NCBI GenBank assembly: GCA_028534125.1
Contig: CM052832.1
Location: 24,058,001 to 24,122,000 of the forward strand
DNA: 64,000 nucleotides
From: Lama glama
Taxonomy: Eukaryota
Direction of reading: 5' to 3'
Positions 1 through 12,040 of this stretch are shown here, one piece after another. Under the pieces are notes generated by a model. The model saw only the letters and a program-made list of their open reading frames with translations, was not told where the DNA came from and did not search any database. A program made the translations under genes and the position numbers. Each line of letters opens with the position of its first letter. The first letter of the stretch is position 1.

Positions 1-63
1 TCGAAGCTGGGAATCTTGAGTTTATGTTGATATCAATTCACTCATTTGTGTAACCCCTTTAGC

Positions 64-408
64 CAGAACTTTCAAACTTAGGGAGTATGTACCCCTCCCC
101 CCGAGACAGACAGCCATGTGCCACCGTGGCTACTCAAGGCCATAGGATAAACATGGCACAACTATTGGAAGGTAAATTTACATGACAATAATTAATTTAA
201 TGCATTTTTTTTAAAACCCAAGAACACCTATAAAATGGATTAGAACACAAAGTTTGCAAACATATTTTTATAGTAAATCAGAGTTATTTTAAATGGGATA
301 TGATTACAAGAAGTTGCTCTAGGCTCTCCCTCAAATTCCTGGGTAAGTGAAGTGCTTGCTCCCCTTTGCAGATAGGGGTGCCTGCGTGAAAAAGTTTGGG
401 AACTACTG
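64..408. mobile_element. hAT-Charlie-type non-autonomous DNA transposon (MITE), degenerate
   Basis: Imperfect terminal inverted repeats CAGAACTTTCAAACTT ... AAGTTTGGGAACTACTG around an AT-rich core, as in mammalian hAT-Charlie MER elements. Confidence 0.55.
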
Positions 409-1677
409 ACTTAGGCTGTAGTGGGTGTGGAGATTAGGAACGGTTATTTTTGAACTCCAAAGCATGTGATTCTTCTACCTTCCCACCTACATCTATAGAT
501 TGCTCTTCAAGACCGTTTATTTCTGTGTTAGAATGTTCTGTTAAACTGTGTCCCAAGTGATGCATACAACAATCCTGTATTTCTTTTATTTAACAGACAA
601 TTGTGTATGTGGTTCTGGAATGCTGACTATAAATAGAATTTTATTAAAACCCGTGGCAATCTCTGCTTGCCATTTGGTGGGTGGACCACTCAGCTGTTCC
701 AGGCCTCTCGGTAAAATTCAGAGCTGTACAAACTGGGCTCAACATTGTACTAATTCTGGACTCTGTTCAGGGAAATACTTTCGCATCTACAGCATTCTCA
801 CTGTTTGACAGATGAGTAGAAGGAGTCACAGAGGTGTTGCTTGAAATCCTAAAACTCACAAGCAGAAGCTGGTAGTTTCCTATTCTGTCAGAGTAAACGG
901 TGCTACTATTTTTGGTTCGGTGTTCTTTTCCATTTCTGGCTATCTGTGATCAGAGAGAGACAAATTCTACTTTGTTTCTAAGATACTCTCTGATCTCTTT
1001 CAGGCAACTCACAGGCCATGTATTGTCACTGAGACTCTCACACAGTAAGGTCCTTGGGGGGTGGTGGCAGGTAAGGGATTATGTGATAAAGCCAGTGTAA
1101 CAAAATACATAGAAAATATTACCTCAGACTCTGTGCCAGGAATTACAATGAAGTCTGTGGACTTCGCCCTTCTTTAATAACTTGTCAAAACCTGTTATCT
1201 CCTTAATGTTATGCCCTTTGCAAAGAGCCAGAGGTGAATAAGTCTCACTGGTAATGAGTAGCATTTATTGGAAAAGCATGTAAAGAGTGTTTGAAGGGGT
1301 AAAAATTATTTTAAGCGTCTAGGAAAACCCAAAATTCTATCTATATGCTAAAAAGGCTAATATGATAATGGAGTCTAATAATATAGTTGTAATCAGATTA
1401 GGGAGAAATTTGCCACTGACAGGAGATGCGAGACTGGGAGCCAGTGCCTTTGTCATCCTAGGAAGGGGCTTGGTTTTATGGGTACAAGAGAGGTGCACCC
1501 ATTCCCTGCAGTGACTGAGAAGCTAGAAAAAAAAAGCAAATTAGGAGATTGTTATAGATACAGCCAGAATTTTCCATCGTTTATTACAACAATGGGGCAG
1601 TGGAGGGGTTTGCTTTACAATGCAGGGCATCTGGATGGAAAGTTACCAAACTCCATCCAGACATGGATCTGCCTCTC

Positions 1678-2190
1678 TGTGGCAGGTGGACTCTAAGATG
1701 CACCCCTCCCTCAATTCCTACCTTCTAATAGACATGCTTTTGTGTAATATTCTCTCCTTGAGTGTGGGCTAGCCTAGTAACTTGCTCCAATCAACGCAAT
1801 CCATCCAAATGATGGGTGTCGCTTCTGGATTAAACTATGTAAGACTGTAACTTCCAGGTTGTAGCAGACCCTCTCCATCGCTGGCTATGATGAAGCAAGC
1901 AGCTGTGTTGGAGCAGCTCACGTGGCCTCAGGAACTCAAGACAGCCTTTGGCCAACAGTCGGCAAGGAACTGAGGCCCTCAGACCAACAGCCTGCAAGGA
2001 AATACATCCTGCCAAGAACCCCAGGAGCTTAGAAGTGGATCCTTCCCCAGTCAAGCCTTAAAATCAGACCCCACCACTGGCCAACACCCTGAATGCCGCT
2101 CTGTGAGAGACTCTGAAGAAGATAACCTGATTAAACCACGCTCAATCCTGACTCACAACAGTGAAACAAGAAATGTTTGCTGTTTAAGTT
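1678..2190 (+). mobile_element. MaLR solo LTR (MLT1G/H-like)
   Basis: Starts TGTGGCAGG...CTCTAAGATG and contains MLT1 motifs CCTTGAGTGTGGGC, GGAACTGAGGCCCTCAG..CAACAGCCTGCAAGGAA, TTAGAAGTGGATCCTTCCCCAGTCAAGCCT and AAATGTTTGCTGTTTAAG. Confidence 0.75.
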
Positions 2191-3270
2191 GGGGGAAAAA
2201 AATACCATCTTACAAGTGCATGGATCCATCATGCTCTCTCATACTTGCCTCCCTTGGCCAGCTATCCCTTCTGCCAGAAAATTCCTTCCTCTACCAACCC
2301 TTCCATCTGGAAGATTCCAATTCTTCTTGCAATGGTCAGCCATGATCCATCTTCCCTGAAACTTTCTTGAATAGTCAGGCTTTTCCCCTCGGCGCCTTTT
2401 TGGCACCTGTTCTCCTTCTTGTCACACGTGCTGCATTGTCATTGATCCAATAGGGTCTGACTGTTCACTAGATTGTGAGATCCTTGAGGGAAGTGGCTGA
2501 ACATCTCCATCTATTTCTCCAGCATCTACCAGAGTGTCTACCTACTGTTGTCAATATTACCATTTGCCAGTTGGATAAACAGTGTCCAGAAGAAAAATAC
2601 GCAGACCATGCCTCTGTGAACATGCCAGGGGCCCCAAACTCACACCGGTCATACCTCATTGTCATAGATAATTAAATAAGTAAATATTTCCCAGTTTGTG
2701 TGGCCGGCCCACCAGTTTTGAAACCACACTCATTGTGGTTCACTGCCTTAACATTCCAGCATAGTCAAAAGACCTGAGATATACTCAGATAATCTGCTGC
2801 CAGGAAATTTTACTTCAATAACAGAATGAGCCCTGGATGTCTAAGATATTGCCCAGCATTCCAACCCTTTCCAGACTATTCCTCCACTTTGCAGCCGTTC
2901 CTGCTGTCCCACTTACACATTCCTCCTCTGACCATCATTTTTTGTTTCTCTGTTGCCCAATCCTCTCCAGCCACGGCCTCCACACTAGGCTCTGTGTAGG
3001 ATCATTGGCACAGCATCTAGATGGTAAAGGCAGCCTCCTTACCCTCCCTGGTATGTCAGTGAAATTGCAATCTGTGGCTACCTCCTGTTCAATATTTCTT
3101 GCAACACTTCTGTCTAATAATAATAAGAGCTTTATGCTGGCTCTTGCTTTGCTTGGCAATACCAGCCAGTTGCAAAGCCTCACGGTGGTGCACTGGGAGA
3201 TATCTTTACAGCTTGGTGGATAAGAGCATGGGCTCCAGTTAGACTATCTTGATTCAAAGTAACTGCTTCC

Positions 3271-3404
3271 GGTGGGAGGGTATAGCTCAAGTGGTAGAAC
3301 GCATGTTTAGCATACACAAGGTCCTGGGTTCAATCCCCAGTACCTCCTCTAAAAGTAAGTAAGTAAAACTAATTACCTCCCCACGACAAAATAAATAAAA
3401 AAAA
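3271..3404 (+). mobile_element. tRNA-Ala-derived SINE (camelid Vic-1-like) inserted in a MIR
   Basis: tRNA-like head GGGTATAGCTCAAGTGGTAGAACGCATGTTTAGCATACACAAGGTCCTGGGTTCAATCCCCAGTACCTCC with A and B boxes, then AAAACTAATTACCTCCCC and an A-rich tail. MIR-like sequence flanks it (about 3215-3270 and 3455-3630). Confidence 0.85.
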
Positions 3405-5149
3405 TGCCCATCGGGGTTTCGTTTGTTAAAAAAAAAAAGGAACAAGACGGCCACTTCCATTCACAAGCTGTCACCCCTTGGGCAAGCTACTTCTCTGTGT
3501 TTAAGTTTCTTTATCGGTAAAAATGTGGTGGTATTAAGAACACTTACCACATAGAATTGTTTCAAGAGGATTAAGTGTATTGATATGTCTCTGAAGCTCT
3601 TGAAATAGTCTCTGGCACCAGATAACTGCTTGCTCTTGCAGAAGATTCCAAAGTTTGCCAAATAATAAGAAATGTGTGAAAATGCTAAGTTCTGGCCAGT
3701 TCTAGAGAAACACCATGCAGGAAACATTCAATATTGTGCCATTGGGCAAGTCCAGGGTATGTTAAAGGAAGCAGTTTGTTCAGCCTATCTCTTATTTTCT
3801 TGCTTTTTCTACTTGGTTAACAAGGCGATGCCCTTCCTTCAGACATCTCTGTATCCTGGCACCCTCATCCCAAGAATCTTGGCCATCATTCCTTCCAACT
3901 GTAAGAAAGGACAAGTGTTACCTCCATTTTTCCAGCTGTGAAAACTAAGGCACTAAAAGATATAATATGACCTGATGGATACACTTTGGCCTACACTAAC
4001 TAAAATCCTTTTAGGTTCAAGGTTTCCTGCCAAAGCTTCATTAATGATGGTCGTCCACATTCATTTCTCCTTTATAAAGCTTACAAAGTGCTCATTGCTC
4101 AACTAGGCATGATTTTGTTGCTCTCTGCTTCATACATACTAGTTTTGTTTCATAAAGGAACCTGAACACTTACTAAGGCTGGGGACTCTATCTTGCACAT
4201 TTGTGTTATTATTCATTCCTCAAGGGAAATACTTCATACTGAGTTCTGAGAAATGGATTGTTAGGGAGGGCAATGGTGGTGGTGGGGGGATCCAGCCATT
4301 TGACAGTCTCTAGAAAAGGAGGGAGTGCCTATGTGTCAGTAAGGAGGTGGCTTTTCCTAAGATGCATTATCGACTAGACATATGCAGCTTCAACATCTCT
4401 GGATCCCTGGGAAAATTTCGGCACGGGAATTAGTAATGATTCCACCAAGAATACATAGAGCTCCCTCCAGACCAGGCAGGTCTGTCTTTTGATTAGTCAG
4501 TCCTGGTCCTCATAATTATTGCTGATCTGAGGCCAACAGGAATCTGTTTTTTCCCTCCTTCTAAATTTTTGGTGTTCCATGCTAAAAAACTACTTTGTTG
4601 TTCTAGATCATCCTGGCTCAGTAAAAGTTAAGCTAAATCTTAAAAAAAAGTTTGCACTCACATTTGGAAACTGTAATATTGACCAAATGAGCATCCCATG
4701 CAGCTGGAATTGGAATGCTTGTAAGTAACGATCAGCTGATTTTTTTTTTCTGACTTGCGATTGGTCCACCAACAGGCATCCTTACCTACTCATGCCCACC
4801 ACCAATTCCTACGTATCTTTATTCTTATGGAAGATACTCTGTTTATTCGACTAATTACAGTGATTCTTGGTTGACCCTACCTTGGCCTTTACTTCATCTG
4901 ACAGCTTCTGCTTGTTTTGCAACATAAATTCAGATTTATTTCTAAACTTCCTTTCTCACACGGGTCACAATGAACTTAATAAAGCCCATGGTACATTCAT
5001 GCTCAACTTCCTTTTTTCATAACTCATTTTCCTTGTTGACCCTCCCTTTAACTTTCTCTTCCCATGTGTCACAGTGTTTATAACAGATGATCTCCATACT
5101 TAACAACCTCTGATCTTTACACTGACCTGAAGTCATGGGGTGTAGGGGA

Positions 5150-5360
5150 CAAGAGTGAAATTTCAAGTGTCTGATGATGGTTTTAGATGATGGCTCCACT
5201 GCTCATGTCTTTGGTCAAGTGATTGATCTCCTTTAAGCCTCAGTTATAAAAAGATAGTAATAGTTCCCTTATAGGGTCATTGTGAGCATTAAAAGATTTA
5301 AACATTTCTGATCTAGCACAATGCCTGGGACATAGTAAGTGTTCAGAAAGTGTAGTTACC
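5150..5360 (+). mobile_element. MIR SINE, degenerate
   Basis: TTGGTCAAGTGATTGATCTCCTTTAAGCCTCAGTT...ATAGGGTCATTGTGAGCATTAAAAGA...GCACAATGCCTGGGACATAGTAAGTGTTCAG matches the MIR core and tail. Confidence 0.7.
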
Positions 5361-6204
5361 CATCTTTCCTCTTATCAGTAGCTCTATCCTCTGTAACTAA
5401 GGACTCCAACTTCTCCCCCAACAAGGTGGGCTGATATCTCACCAAGTTAGCACAGTGCCAGAATAAATGTAATGCTAATTAAAGACTCCTGGATTAATTG
5501 CTGGTAATGTTTGGGTCATAAATGACATTTGTCTACATTTATGTCAAAGGGAGGGATTATAATTGCCTTACCGTGCCCCATGTTCACCTCCCCAGGATGC
5601 TCTGAACTTGAGTGTTAACTCTGAGCGCAAATTTTTGGCCTTGACTTGGTGTCAACTTCCCTTTGCAATCAATCTTTGGCTCCTGCAGTCTCAGGCAATT
5701 CTAGACTTCCTCTTCCCAGATGCCAGAACTCTGGAAATTCTCCTAGGGCTGTTCAGACATCGATACCCTGCCCCCACCTCCTTCAGGAAATATGGCCTCA
5801 CTGCTGCGGCAGAGTCCACTATCTGTCCCCCAAATCCTACTTTTCCAAGGAGCCCACAAGGATTTATCAGAAAAGGCAGAGTTCCTCATTATTGTTCAGG
5901 AACTTAATGAATGAACGATGACTTACAGCTTCCAACAATCAACTGGCAGTTCAAGCATGGGGGTAGGGATATTAAAATATTAAGTGTTACATCCTATGGT
6001 AAACCTGGAGTAGAAACCCTCTGGACCAGGCATTATCTTACTGTCTCCACAACTGGATCACCTCTCCTTCTGTAGTTACGAGCCACTTCTTCAAGCTCTT
6101 TTTTCTGGAATTTTTTTTTTGACCACTATTTCATTTATACCTTGGGTTCAGTACTCACTTGAAGTCTCTAACCTAGAGACCTAGACAGTCTTACTGTTCT
6201 GTCC

Positions 6205-9160
6205 TAATTTTTTTTTTTTGGTCACTAACTGCTTTATTGAAATGTAATTCACATACCATTGGTTCCCACTTCTAAAGTAGATAATTCAGTGGTTTTAGCA
6301 TATGCACAAAGTTGTGCATCAATCACTACTGTCTAATTCCAGAACATTCTCATCATCCCCAAAGAAACCCATAACCATTATCAGTCATTCCCCATTCCTC
6401 CTGCTCCAGACCCTGGCAACCACTAATCTACTTTCTGTCTCCATGGATTTGCCTTTTCTGGACATTTCCTATAAATGGAATCACATAATATACAATTTTT
6501 TGTGTCTGGCTTATTTCACTTAGCATAATGTTTTCAAGGTTCATCCATGTTGTAGGATTTATTAGAATTATTTAGATTTATTAGAATTTCATCCTTTTTA
6601 TGGTGAAGTAATATTTTATTTTATGGACATGCCATATTTTATTTATCCACTCATTAACTGATGTATGTTTGGATTGTCTCCACTTTTTGGATATTATGAA
6701 TAATGCTGCTATGAACATTTGTGTACAAGGTTTTGTATATACCTTGGGACTTCCTAAGAATATATTTTTAACTTTTTATTATGAGAAATTGCAAACATAT
6801 ACATAATTTGAGGAATAGTCTATCCATCACCTAGCGTCAGGAACAATGATTAATTCATGTCCGACCTTGTCTCATGTATACTCGCCGCCCTCTTCCCCCT
6901 GCTTCTGGGTTATTTTGTGACAGATTTCTGACAGCATTATGTTTCATGCATAAATATTTCAGGAATTATACTTTTAAAAGATAACTTTATTGAGATAAAA
7001 TTAATATGCCATAAAATTCACCTGTTTAAAGTGTATTTTAGTAATTGCCTAATTCCAATGTTAAGAATTTTTTCAAGTGCTTGTTGGACATGTGTACATC
7101 TTCTTTGGAGAAATGTCTAATTTAAATCTTCTGCTGCCTATTTTTAAATTGGGTTATTCATCTTTTCATTACTAAGTTGTTACATGTCCTTTATGTATTC
7201 TAGATACAAGCCCCTTATCCGATTTTAAATTATTTTCTTCCATTCTGTGGGTTGTCTTCTCACTTCCTTGATGGCATCTTTTACAATACGAAAGTTTTTA
7301 ATTTTAGTGAAATCCAATTCATCTATTTTTATCTTGTTACTTGTGCTCTTAATATCATATCTGAGATGTCTAACCCAAGGCCACAAAGACTTACTCCTAG
7401 ATTTTCTTATAAGTATTTCATAATTTTAACTCTTATATTTAGGTTTATGGTCCATTTTCAGTTAACTTTCACGTATGATGAAAGTGGTCCAACTTGATTT
7501 TTTGTACACGGATATCCAATTGTCCTAGCACCATTGTTGAGAAGACTATTCTTAACCATTGAAAGGTCTTGAGACCCTTGTCTAAAATTAGTTTCTCATA
7601 AATGTAAGAGTTTATTTCTGGATTTGCAATTCTATTCTATGCATCTATATGTCTGTTCTTATGCCAACACCTGATTCTTGATTACTGTATCTTTGAATAA
7701 GTTTTGAAATGGGGAAGTATGAGTTTTTCAACCTTGGATTTTTTTTTTTCAAAGATTGTTTTGGCCATCTGGACCCCTTGAAATTTCTGTATGAATTTTA
7801 GTTTGTCAATTTCTGCAAAGAAACCAGCTGGGATTTTGATAAGAATTATGTTGATTCTATCAGTCAATTTGGAAAGTACTGCCATCCTAAAAATATTGTC
7901 TTATCTATAAACATAGGACTTTCCCCCCATTTATTTAATTCTCTTATTTCTTTCAACAATGTTTTGTAGTTTCCAGCATACAAATTTTGCCCTTTTTTGC
8001 TAAACTTATTCCTAAGTATTTTATTCTTTTTGATGCAATTGTGAATGGAATTCTTTTTTTCATTTTATTTTCAAGTTGTTCATTGTTATTGTACAGTAAT
8101 ACAATTGATTTTTATATATTGATTTGGATTCTGCATTCTTATTTAATTCATTTATTATGTTGGTTTTAATCTTATCACTTTAATCCTAATCTTGGAGTTG
8201 ATCACTTTGCACAAGTCTTTTTCAAGATCTGTCTGGGAGGACCTTGTCAATCCATTCATATGTTATGAGTATTTTTTAATTGATGTATAATTTATATACA
8301 ACACAATCATTAACCTTAAGTGTACAGCTTGATGAATTTTTACGTAAATATACACCAATGCAATCACTACCCAGATCAAGATATAAAAAACACTTCCATC
8401 ATCTCAGTGAGTTTCTTCACGAGTGCTCCTTTCCAGTTAACAATCTACTCTCCACCAAATAATTCTTCTGAGTTCCATCAACTTAAATGAGTTTTTCCTG
8501 TTTTGAACTCCATATAAATGGAATCATTCAGTTTGACTCCTTTGATCTGTTTTTATTAACTCAACAAAATATTTCTGAGAAGCATGCACCAGTAGTTCAT
8601 CCTTTTTTTTTTTTTTTTGCTGAGTATTATCCTATGTTATGAAACTACCACCGTTTATGTATTCTCTTGTGTATGGTTATCTGGGTTCTTTTCCATTTTG
8701 GGGCTGTATGATTAAAGCAACTATGAACATTCTTGTACAAGACTTTTTATGTTGCCCACTTACCTATCTTAGATACAAATATATTGCTAGGTCATGTTTA
8801 CCTTTACTAGAAAGTGCCAGCTTTTTCAAATTTGTTGTATCATACTTGTCTGTCATTGATGTCACTAATGTATAAGAGTTTCAGTTACTCTACATCCCTG
8901 TTAACACTTGATATTGTTAGTCTTTTTTACTTTTAGCCATTCTGATGGGTATTTAGTAGTATCTAATTTTAGTTTTAATTGGCCTTTTCTGGATGCTTAA
9001 TGATGTTCCACTATTTTTCATGTGTCTATTGGCCATATAGACAACTCTTTTTGTTAGCTATATATTGAAGTCTTTTGTACATTTTAAATTGATTTATTAT
9101 TGATTTAAAAGAATTCTGTAAATATCCTGGAGAGTAGTCCTTTATCTGAAATATGTCCAA
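6205..9160 (-). mobile_element. Cluster of old L1 (L1M/L1MB-type) 3' end and ORF2 fragments
   Basis: Antisense L1 3'UTR motifs (CTTTATTGAAATGTAATTCACATACC, TGGCAACCACTAATCTACTTTCTGTCTC, GCTGCTATGAACATTTGTGTACAAG). ORF 7682-7885(-) MAVLSKLTDRINIILIKIPAGFFAEIDKL...MAKTIFEKK is a recognisable L1 ORF2 segment. Several nested fragments are present. Confidence 0.85.
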
Positions 9161-9600
9161 AATAAATAAAAACCATAGTTCTGGTCTTCCCAATGCAGAA
9201 AGTATGGTGGCCTTGATCTTTCCTATATACAAATTGAGACTGAAATTCTTGTATGATAAATACCAACGTGCCATTGCCTTTCTTTGAAGCCAAACCTGTA
9301 TTACTGGTGCGTGAAGGGAAGCATATTCCCACCATGGTTCTTTCCAAATTTAAAAACTCTCTTAGAAAAAGATCATTTCTTCCAATGTATTTCTTCTTCT
9401 AGATCAATGGAAAAAGAAAAGAAAAAGCAACTTTCTAATGAAAAATGATTTCTGAGTGAAAATGCAGAAGATCTCATGTTCTCTATGAGTAGTTGCAGTT
9501 AATGAAATGATTAGCATGAGTTAGAATTTTCCAGAAAGTATGAGTAGAGAGTCCAAAAAGGACTCTACTCTGTATAGACTAAATTTATAAAGCCTAGATT

Positions 9601-9635
9601 TGTGTGTGTGTGTGTGTATATATATACACAATATA
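9601..9635. repeat. (TG)n(TA)n microsatellite
   Basis: TGTGTGTGTGTGTGTGTATATATATACAC seen directly. Confidence 0.9.
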
Positions 9636-9919
9636 TATTCTCAATAATGAGAATAGTTACCGTGTAGGTAATACAGCATTATCAATATACAGACTGGATT
9701 TGTCCTTCAAATAAGATTTTACATGTGATTATAATGGCTGATAAAATATCACTGGCATAGTGAAATAATGTTTTTCCACCAGGCTAAGTTAAACTCTTCA
9801 TTTCCTAACACTGATCTAAGCTACTTTCGTATGCAAAGTCAAATGTTAATAATGACAATAATAATCATAACAATGATAAACACTAACATTTATTGAACAC
9901 TTATGATGGGTCAGTATAT

Positions 9920-10385
9920 GTCTTATGGATATTTTTTCACATTGTGTGGCTTACTTTTCATTTTATTAATGATATTTCATAATTTCAGAATGCTTCCTAA
10001 TTTTCTCTTTGACTTCTTGGACTTGTGGGTTAGTTAAGTGTGTGATTTGGTTTCTAGGTATTTGAGAATTTGCAGGCTGTCTCTCCATTACTGATTTCTA
10101 ATTTAATTCCATTGCCAAAAATATACTTTGGATAATTTGAATCTTCTAAAATTTATTGTGAATTGTTTTACAATCCAGAATATGATCTATCTTGGTAAAT
10201 ATTCCATGTGCACTTTAAAAGAATTACATTCCGCTGTTATTGAGTGGAGTTTTCTACAAATGTTAGTTAGGCCAAGTTGGTTGATGGTGTTGTTCTAGTC
10301 ACCTTTGTCTTTACTGACTTTCCCTCTAGTTGTTCCATCAATGATTGAGAGGGTGGTTGAAATCTCTGACTGTAACTGTGTATTT
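9920..10385 (-). mobile_element. Old L1 ORF2 (5' part) fragment
   Basis: TTTCTAATTTAATTCCATTG...ATATGATCTATCTTGGTAAATATTCCATGTGCACTT...TTGAAATCTCTGACTGTAACTGTG is typical antisense L1M sequence. Confidence 0.7.
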
Positions 10386-10419
10386 TTGGCAATGGAATTA
10401 AATTACGCATTAATGAGAT

Positions 10420-11965
10420 ACAGGACTTCACATAAGAAGTTCTTGGATACGGCAGATCTAAGGTTTGGTTAATTCAGTGGTTAAAGTATGTCATTCAGGC
10501 CCAGATTCTTTCTACTTTTCTGCTCTGTCTTCCTCAGTGTTAACCTTGTCTTTGGGTAGCTTCTTCTGGGTCAAAAGATAGTTGCTTCTGTTCAAGATAT
10601 TACATCCAGACACTACTACAAAAATGGGCAGAAGAGGAACTGTTTCTTCCCTATTTAATGAAACATTTTCCAGAGTTCCCCCCACCCCGCCAGCAGATTT
10701 ATCCCATATCTCAGCCAGAGTTACGTAACATGTACACCTTAAACAATCACTGGGGAGCGGGAATGGACCACCATGATTGTATGAGGCTTCTAGAGATTTA
10801 TTTGTGGGTTACAAAGAAGAGTAATGGGCACCAGATAAAAGTAAGTGTCCTCATAAGCAAAACAAAAGACAGCCTACAGAATAGGAGAAAATATTTGCAA
10901 ATAATGCAATTGACAAGGGCTTAATTTCCAGAATATATAAACAGCTCATCCAATTTAATAACAAAACAAACAACCCAATCCAAAAATGGGCAGAAGACCT
11001 AAACAAGCAATTCTCCAATGAAGACATAAAAATGGCCAATAGGCAGGCACATGAAAAAATATTCAATATTGCTCATTATCAGAGAAATGCAAATCAAAAC
11101 TACAATGAGATATCACCTCATATCAGTCAGAATGGCCATAATTCAAAAGTCCACAAATGACAAATGCTGGAGGGTGTGGAGAAAAGGGAACCCTCCTACA
11201 CTGTTGGTGGGAATGTAGTTGGTACAGCAAATATGGAAAATAATATGGAGATTCCTCAAAAAACTAAAAATAGACTTACCACATGATCCAGCAATTCCAC
11301 TCTTGGGGGCATATATCCAGAAGGAACTGTAATTCAAAAATACACATGCACCCCAATGTTCACAGCAGCACTATTTACAATAGCCAAGACATGGAGGCTA
11401 CCTAAATATTTGTCCATAGACAGATGACTAGATAAATAAGCTGTGGTATATTTATATCATGGAATACTTCTCCATAAAAAAAGAATAAAATAATGCCATT
11501 TGCAGCAATGTGGATGGACCCGGACATTGTCATTCTAAGTGAAGTAAGCCAGAAAGAGAAAGAAAAATACCGTATGATATTACTTATATATGGAATCTAA
11601 AAAAAAAAGACACAAATAAACTTACTTACAAAATAGAAACAGACTCATAGACATAGAAAACAAACTTATGGTTATCCGGGGATAAATTGGGAGTTTGAGA
11701 TTTGCAGATACTAACTACTGTATATAAAATAGATAAACAACAAGTTTGTTTTGTATAGCACAGGGAACTATATTCAATATCTTGTAGTAACCTATAATGA
11801 AAAAGGATATGAAAAAGAATGTATGTATGTATATGTATGACCGAAACATTATGCTGTACACCAGAAATTGATACAACATTGTAAATTGAATATACATCAA
11901 TGAAAAAAATGCAAGGGTCCTGCCAATAAGGGAGAATTTAGGATGGAACCAGCAATGTCTGCTAT
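10420..11965. mobile_element. MaLR LTR (MLT1J/K-like) split by a younger L1
   Basis: MLT1-like sequence at about 10420-10850 (GGCCCAGATTCTTTCTACTTTTCTGCTCTG, CTTAAACAATCACTGG) resumes after the L1 at about 11910-11965 (GGAACCAGCAATGTCTGCTATA). Confidence 0.55.
10853..11909 (+). mobile_element. 5'-truncated, relatively young L1 (ORF2 C-terminus plus 3'UTR)
   Basis: Well-preserved ORF2 end (AAAATGGGCAGAAGACCTAAA, GAAATGCAAATCAAAACTACAATGAG, GGGAACCCTCCTACACTGTTGGTGGGAATG), cetartiodactyl-type 3'UTR (GTATAGCACAGGGAACTATATTCAATATCTTG) and a short A tail. Confidence 0.92.
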
Positions 11966-11983
11966 AATACACTTCCATGGTGA

Positions 11984-12040
11984 TTTATTCTTTAATCTTT
12001 TTTTGGGAGGGGGAGCTAATTGAGTTTTTATTTATTTTCT
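11984..12040 (-). mobile_element. 3' tail fragment of the same SINE family as 3271
   Basis: The reverse complement reads AAATAAATAAAAACTCAATTAGCTCCCCCTCCCAAAAAAA, matching the tail of the SINE at 3271. Confidence 0.6.

Noticed and set aside
3271..3346. tRNA-Ala gene
   Set aside because: The tRNA-like head has mismatches and continues into a SINE body and A tail, so it is a SINE.
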